Shown piece by piece: positions 9,943-16,286 of a stretch of DNA of 16,286 bases; positions within the stretch are counted from its first letter, which is position 1, and each line of letters begins with the position of its first letter. The stretch is from Ginkgo biloba. Its lineage: Eukaryota > Plantae > Ginkgophyta. Location: positions 83,618,925-83,635,210 of the forward strand of contig JANKJI020000004.1 of the NCBI GenBank assembly GCA_024626585.2, read 5' to 3'. Made by a program: the position numbers and the translations under genes. The notes under the pieces were generated by a model. That model searched no databases. It was given only the letters and a program-made list of their open reading frames with translations, and was not told the DNA's origin.

Positions 9943-10692
9943 NNNNNNNNNNNNNNNNNNNNNNNNNNNNNNNNNNNNNNNNNNNNNNNNNNNNNNNNNN
10001 NNNNNNNNNNNNNNNNNNNNNNNNNNNNNNNNNNNNNNNNNNNNNNNNNNNNNNNNNNNNNNNNNNNNNNNNNNNNNNNNNNNNNNNNNNNNNNNNNNNN
10101 NNNNNNNNNNNNNNNNNNNNNNNNNNNNNNNNNNNNNNNNNNNNNNNNNNNNNNNNNNNNNNNNNNNNNNNNNNNNNNNNNNNNNNNNNNNNNNNNNNNN
10201 NNNNNNNNNNNNNNNNNNNNNNNNNNNNNNNNNNNNNNNNNNNNNNNNNNNNNNNNNGTGGGGTGCAACTCCCCTCTGACCCCATCTGGGCATCCCTCGA
10301 CTGCTAGGACGAAAATCAAGGATCCTCAACTCTTGTTGAGGATCTCTCCTACATTTTTTTGCTTGATTTTATGGTGGGGGGGTATATTTCATTTTTTGCA
10401 TTTCATTTATCAAAGTCCTATGGCCTCATTAATTGCCCAATTAGTCTCTTGTTGACCTCTTAGATGGTTGTCATTACCCCTTTATATCTTTTCTCCTCCT
10501 TTGAGGATTCGAAAAATCAAATTTGCATTTTTCTAGCAATCTTTCCACGTAGTAGCCCACAATTAACATGGCTACTAGACTCTTCAATTCCTCTAATCAT
10601 TTTTTTATACATTTCCCATGATTTTATACAACCCTTTTACATGTTATAATTAGGACACGTACACATATTTATGAATGTGTATGCATGATGTT

Positions 10693-10765
10693 TGTCTTTG
10701 AGAGAGTGTGTATGTGTGTATGTCTTTGAGAGAGTGCGTATGTGCGATGTCTTTCTGAAAGTGTG
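10693..10765. repeat. 27-28-bp minisatellite, about 2.6 copies
   Basis: tgtctttgagagagtg(t/c)gtatgtg.. units start at 10693, 10721 and 10748. Confidence 0.85.
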
Positions 10766-10820
10766 ACTGCTTTAGCTTTGGTGACATCATAGGCACAGAG
10801 GTGTGGTTGCTAGGTTGGCA

Positions 10821-10863
10821 AGTAGGTAGGATGATAGATAGATAGGTAGGTAGGTAAGTAAGT
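10821..10863. repeat. Imperfect (TAGG/TAGA/TAAG)n microsatellite
   Basis: agtaggtaggatgatagatagataggtaggtaggtaagtaagt. Confidence 0.8.
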
Positions 10864-11060
10864 TATTCATGTGTGTAAGCGTGTACCTTCTATAGGCTTC
10901 AAATGTAGGATTGAATGTAACATCAACTCCAAAAAGATAATTGTTAGTCATTATTTGGTGTGTCGTTAGGGTTGCCATTTTGTATAAGTCAGAAGCAACC
11001 TTAGCCAACGTAGGATGTAGCAAGGGGAATCAAACTTCAGAAGGGGACTCCAGGACAACG

Positions 11061-11190
11061 GACATTAACAAAAAGTCTAAGAATAACTTAATGACCATCC
11101 AATAGGATATAATGGGGTTATTCTTAGACATTGACAAAAAGTCTAAGAATAACTTAATGACTGTCCAATGGGATATAATGATGGGATTAT
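11061..11190. repeat. 66-bp tandem duplication containing a 13-bp inverted repeat
   Basis: Units start at 11061 and 11127 (gacatt.acaaaaagtctaagaataacttaatgac..tccaat.ggatataatg). gtctaagaataac occurs at 11075 and 11141, and its reverse complement at 11117. Confidence 0.9.
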
Positions 11191-12941
11191 TGCATGATTA
11201 TATTAGAGGTTAGCATTGAGGTTGAGTACATCAATTGTCCCCAACAAACACTCACAACTTGCATGAGGTTTCCCTTTGCCGTAAAGGGCGCCCATTGTTT
11301 TCGAAAGGGAGCATGGGTTTGGTCATCATACTACTCTATTTGATCTTTGGATGATCCCCTTGTACACTATTTTCCCTAATTAATGAGAATCTCTTGTTGT
11401 TGCCTACTTCTGATGTCTCACTTTTGTGTGTGATTCCTCTGGTGTATTTAGAATAATACTTCAGCAACATCAATGTTAGTCTAGGTTTGTAACTTGGAAT
11501 TCATACTCAACATGGATCACNNNNNNNNNNNNNNNNNNNNNNNNNNNNNNNNNNNNNNNNNNNNNNNNNNNNNNNNNNNNNNNNNNNNNNNNNNNNNNNN
11601 NNNNNNNNNNNNNNNNNNNNAAGAAAGATAATTTCCTCCCTTGCTAAGACAAGAGTGGTTGCATGAAACTAAGGCTTTACAGGACTAGTGGCATTATAAT
11701 TTCACTTTATAACAAGATGGAAAGTAAAAAACCCTGCTGACGATTGCAAATGGACCTACTTTTACCAATGTTAACGACGAAACTTCTAGTACAACAACAT
11801 CTTCTGAATCTATTACTATTTTTGCAAAGGCAATCGAAATCGAAGACTATGAACCTAACTATCATGGGAAGTTTAGATAGATAATAGTTTTGATGGTGAT
11901 GACTTAGCTTGTTTTATGGTAAATTGGTTGTAGGAAGCATAATATGAGCTTAATCAAACTTAATTACAACATAAAGAGAAATTATAATATTCTAATAAAA
12001 TGGATGATGATCAGCCAAATGATGAAAAGATAATAAATCAGGCTAATAGCAATAAACGACTAATGAGATCAAGTTATGGAAGTTGAAGCAAAAAGTCAAA
12101 ATAACACCTTGCACCTATACAAGTTCAACAAGTCATTCTGCGCAATTCAACAAAAATAAAACTTCATAAAGAAGCACTAGAGTAGTGTATTCTACCAATC
12201 GCAAATATACAAGTTCTCCAACAAGCGACAACGAAAAGAGTGGGATAATCATAAAGGAGATAGCCTATTATTGTATGAGAGTAAATTTCGCAGTAGGCCC
12301 AACAAAATGAAGCAATGGCTTCAGTCCGACCCCATTCCATAAGTGCAAAAAAATGGTTTGATGCACCTTTGACAATTTGATAGCAAACTATTGCATACTT
12401 TGGTAAATAAGAGCCACATGAAGCAATACCACGATTAATCGCCTTCCAGCAAGTTCACTGTACTATATATGTGTTGAGGTATGATGGCAGTCGAGTTGTT
12501 ATATGAAAATCAATAAAAAGATGAGAGAATTAGAAATCCAAAAAAAATGGAAAATGATGAAAAACCATAGAATGGTGAAAAACATTAAAAAACAAATGAG
12601 TACTCTCTAGTTTATCATTCATGATGACTGACTACTACCCCCCCCTCCGACAATGCAAGGGATGACTCAATGACAATATGGATGGGGGCAATGCAATATT
12701 CTCATTTGAATGTGAATGAGTAGCATATTAATGGAAGTTAAAAAATTGTTTATGGGTAAGGTGGTAAGGTTGATAACTAGTTACACTCGCCCAATACCTA
12801 AGCTCCTTTGAAAACTTTCACTCATTTGCTTTAGTGAGGACACTCAAGATAATAGTGTTCAGCAAGATGCAACAGAATAATGGTGATGTGGCGCTGATGT
12901 AGATGAATAAAAAACTATGATTCAATTATGAGATAATCATA

Positions 12942-13013
12942 ACATGGCAACAACGTAAGATGACATGGCAGTAACATGAGATGACATGGCAACAACAAGA
13001 GATGACATGGCAA
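12942..13013. repeat. 21-bp minisatellite, about 3.5 copies, with a TGACATGGCA core
   Basis: acatggca recurs at 12942, 12963, 12984 and 13005. Confidence 0.85.
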
Positions 13014-14047
13014 TGGCAATTAATGGCGTGACACCATGACCACATCAACTAGAATGATAATGCATGATGCCCTAGAAGGTGATGTGAGCACTAGACAAGT
13101 TTATGATGGAAAGGACGATGCATTAAAAATTCAAATACAAAAATGATGGCACAATGATGATGCGTTTATTATAGATGGATGGTGTTAGCCATATATGGCA
13201 TAGGAGACACATTTGTGATAGAAAATTTGTGCCCATGACATCAACAGANNNNNNNNNNNNNNNNNNNNNNNNNNNNNNNNNNNNNNNNNNNNNNNNNNNN
13301 NNNNNNNNNNNNNNNNNNNNNNNNNNNNNNNNNNNNNNNNNNNNNNNNGACTCAGACATAGAATTAATTTAAGAAACAAGAATCAATACTTAATTATATT
13401 AGGAGATTTTGACTCACCCACTAAGATACAAATCACCTACTTATAGTGACCTACAAAATTTTAACTTATTCATTTAGTTTTCTTTCTCAACCCTTCATAA
13501 TTTATTAACATTTTTGTTGTGGTATATTTCCGTGCTCACACAATCCTCAAGAGTCAACAAACTTATATGTTGATCTATTAAGTTGCACAAAAGGACAATC
13601 TTTAAAGCAACTTCAATGGGTGTGAAAGAGGGTGATTATGGTTAGTGAGAAGCTTCAATTGAGTTTTGTTTTTCAAATGGCCTATCCATTTCAACCACAA
13701 CATAGATTTGCCATGACTTTTTGGAGCATATCTCTCTCCAAACTTTTTTTCAAGTTCAATTCATAGTGGTCTATTGCTTTAAAGTGCAAAATTTCAAAGT
13801 GAATATATACTTTTTGTATATAGAATTGATGGAGGTATTTTTGTGTTGTAGTGTTTGTTCAATGTCTTGTAGTGGATTTGTTCTTATCATTGTAAGAGGC
13901 TCCCACTCTTGCAAACCTACATCAAATAACTTGAAGCCAAACCATTAGCGTAGAGCTAAGGGTAGTGATTTGATCTTGTCATATAATGTTCTTAGGCATG
14001 AAGATGTATTCTTGATCTGCTTGCAAGGCTATACAATCCCTTGGGCT

Positions 14048-14690
14048 TGTATGTGTGATTGATCCCTTGTATCTTTCAACTGTGGACGTCGATATCACTC
14101 GATCAACACCTCACAATATCAACCCAACAAACGAGATGTTGCCCCAAAGTACAAACAAATGCAATCATCAACGCAATCATTCAACACTTTGGATGCAAGG
14201 TTGTCTTACCCTTCCTAAACAAAATTCCACCCCTTGGTAGAGGATTCAAGTGTCTTCCAACTGTCCTACCCATTCTTAATGACTTGTGACTCAAATGTCT
14301 TTCAGTTGTCCTAACAATTATCAATGACTTGTGAGCCAAGTATGTTTCAACAATCCTACCCAATGCCTTCATGTTCCCTCACTCATACTAAAGACTTTTG
14401 GCCTTACATTTATATGCACTGGCATGCCCCCAATGTGGCTCTTTGGTTTATGCTCACATAGACTACCACATGCCAACTAGAAGCTTTTGACTTTACATGC
14501 TTCAAATTGCCAAATGGAAGCTTTTAGCATGTCTTTAACCCTATCAAGAAGCCACTTGTATATATTCAATATTATATCATTTACAAGCTAAGATAGCTTA
14601 TGCAACAATTACGATTTCAAGCATGAATTCATAATTATGCGTGTCAAAGCTCAATCACAACCATATAATCATCCATAATTATGGGTGTCA
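14048..14690 (-). mobile_element. Putative LTR inserted just after the protease domain (nested insertion)
   Basis: Protease similarity ends where the minus strand reads TGACACCC (14690). A TATA-like catataaat lies at about 14408-14416, with internal tandem subrepeats. The far boundary and a TSD were not identified. Confidence 0.35.
14247..14373. repeat. 45-bp degenerate tandem repeat, about 2.8 copies
   Basis: Units caa.tgtctt.ca..tgtccta.c.att.t.aatgacttgtga.. start at 14247, 14292 and 14337. Confidence 0.75.
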
Positions 14691-15177
14691 AAGTATACAT
14701 TTCCCAATCTTGTATTGCCTTGGTAACATGGAGCCACTCCCTCCCTAGAAGTGCAAAGTAGCAATTACCCTTCGGTGGCATTCGTAGTACAACAAAATCT
14801 TAGCGAACTATAATGCCAGCTACGTTGACAAGGATGTCTAGTATGACCCCCATGGGTCGGACCTTCAATTGATCCGCCATCGTTAAAGTGAAACAGGTTG
14901 GTGAAAGGTTAGGCTTCCCAATTGTGTTCCAAGTGCTTTCAGGTAGAACATTCACAGCAGAGCCACCATCCACAATAGCCTTCTTTATTTCACGCGTATC
15001 GATCATCATGGAAACTTGAGGATTGACATCAAGATTAGGCTTCATCTAGCGTACAAGTTTATTCGTCTACATCTTCTCCTCACCTGCCAAAAAATGCCAT
15101 AGACTAGGCTCCCAGAGTTCTAGTATTTTGGTGAGAGGTACCGTTAGGTTTAGGTCCTCTACCAACTTTTTCAATAA
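14691..15177 (-). pseudogene. Ty3/Gypsy gag-linker plus retropepsin (aspartic protease) remnant
   Basis: One continuous minus frame joins ORFs 15067..15351 and 14800..15045: LLKKLVEDLNLTVPLTKILELWEPSL...EEKM*TNKLVR*MKPNLDVNPQVSMMIDTREIKKAIVDGGSAVNVLPESTWNTIGKPNLSPTCFTLTMADQLKVRPMGVILDILVNVAGIIVR*DFVVLRMPPKGNCYFALLGREWLHVTKAIQDWE. It contains the catalytic IVDGGS (D-[TSG]-G), the flap-like MAD...P.G and the C-terminal LLGRxWL. In-frame stops lie at 15067-15069, 15046-15048 and 14800-14802. Confidence 0.88.
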
Positions 15178-15277
15178 NNNNNNNNNNNNNNNNNNNNNNN
15201 NNNNNNNNNNNNNNNNNNNNNNNNNNNNNNNNNNNNNNNNNNNNNNNNNNNNNNNNNNNNNNNNNNNNNNNNNNNNN

Positions 15278-15640
15278 TCTACTCCTGTGGGTAAAAAAGC
15301 TTGTTGTCTGCAAAAAACTGTGACTCTTTTGGCTGTTGTCCACTTTTCCAACTTTCTTCATTGTTTGAAAACAACTCCTTTTCACTTTGTTTAAGGTTTT
15401 ATCATGAAAAAGATATAATTTTTTAAATGGGAAATTGTGCTGGGTGGTGTGGTTAAAAAACTGGGTATAATTTTTTTTTTTAAAATTGATGTTTTTTTTT
15501 ATTTTTTTTAAATGTCGGTTTGGGGACGGCCGTGGCTCCTCGTGGGGAAGGTCGGGTGTGGCCCGACCATCCTGGGTACCGTCCCCAGGTGTGGGTCCCT
15601 TGTCGGACGAGGACATGCACCTGACAACTCTGTAACATAC
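15278..15640. mobile_element. Probable terminal/subterminal part of a non-autonomous DNA transposon (hAT/MITE-like)
   Basis: A poly-T, AT-rich tract (15400-15512) is followed by a GC-rich block with nested inverted repeats: tggggacgg at 15521 / ccgtcccca at 15579; gtcggg/cccgac; cctggg/cccagg. The block ends in tgtaacata. The superfamily assignment is inference; the other end is not visible. Confidence 0.4.
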
Positions 15641-16160
15641 CTATGCACATGACAATAGCCAACACACTTGCACATTTGGTCAGCTACTTGAACAAAAGAT
15701 GCCATACTTGGATGACTACTCATAATGAAGAACCACATAGTCGTCCTTACTTATTGTCATGACTTAAAATATGTAATAGTCCTTCTTACTAAACCTGCAA
15801 CAAAGAGTGCTTTAAACTTGCAAATAATATGCCATGTAGAGATAGAAGCAAGGCGATTTGCATACAATAATCATATTTCAGTTTCATTTGTGAAAATGTA
15901 GTAAATTCAGTACACGTACATTGAAGATATTCCTTTTTATGGTGGTAGAATACAAAATAAATTTCATTCATAGGTTTTGGCTAGGGAAACCGTTTGACCA
16001 CAGTCAACTTGCAACAATAACTTATATCACTTGTTGTTGGTCATGGGTACTGCCTAAAAGGACTAAGTATGTGCGCAGACAAACCTCCAACACGAAACAT
16101 GCTAATCGTCAACACCTAGTAGCTATTAACAATCTGCTAGACACCACCCCTCAAACCGCA

Positions 16161-16247
16161 CACTAGTAAGGGTGTCAGGAATAACCTTGTTCCGACCCAT
16201 TTTCACCACTAGAATGACCCTAGTAGCTAGGGTATCCATCCCTAGTG
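16161..16247. mobile_element. Possible miniature CACTA-like element
   Basis: gca|CACTAG...CTAGTG|gca: 6-bp terminal inverted repeats with a matching 3-bp flank (16158-16160, 16248-16250). Confidence 0.3.
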
Positions 16248-16286
16248 GCAGTATACATATTTATATTAATTTCTAGTATAGGTCAC

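Larger units (their letters stand above)
1728..15277. other. Assembly gaps
   Basis: 100-N gaps at 1728-1827, 3163-3262, 6000-6099, 7807-7906, 11521-11620, 13249-13348 and 15178-15277. Other gaps at 2047-2056, 6571-6580, 9147-9189 and 9943-10257. Confidence 0.98.

Noticed and set aside
9899-10329. Long ORFs in the ORF track spanning N runs (also near 1626, 2903, 5951, 7622, 13123 and 15104)
   Set aside because: Their length is an artefact of translating through gaps.
11621-12560. Possible decayed gag with zinc knuckles (about 12330-12430)
   Set aside because: A-rich and coding-like, but no intact CCHC motif could be reconstructed.
12942-13013. CRISPR-like repeat/spacer appearance (also 11061-11190 and 14247-14373)
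   Set aside because: Inter-core sequences are similar to each other and too short, there are no cas genes, and the context is eukaryotic. These are minisatellites.

Overview
AT-rich, heavily gapped eukaryotic sequence, most consistent with a large, repeat-rich land-plant nuclear genome such as a fern or gymnosperm (inference; the species cannot be identified). Short contigs are joined by seven 100-N gaps and four other gaps, so adjacency across gaps is uncertain. The content is mostly decayed LTR-retrotransposon debris: a Ty3/Gypsy aspartic protease pseudogene (- strand, 14691-15177), two Gypsy integrase C-terminal remnants (one with a chromodomain), a Copia-like element with a 5' LTR and tRNA-Met PBS, a Copia-type PPT plus 3' LTR, and a dispersed LTR-like repeat present twice. 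There are also several short tandem repeats. The one host-gene signal is a 97-nt minus-strand exon (7695-7791) with canonical splice sites, encoding an RGG/Gly-rich stretch and the first half of a RanBP2-type zinc finger, resembling plant TAF15b/FET proteins. The least explained stretch is a CpG-retaining island with back-to-back hairpins (about 3820-4200). I found no convincing evidence of a new multi-gene system. All alignments and counts were done by eye.
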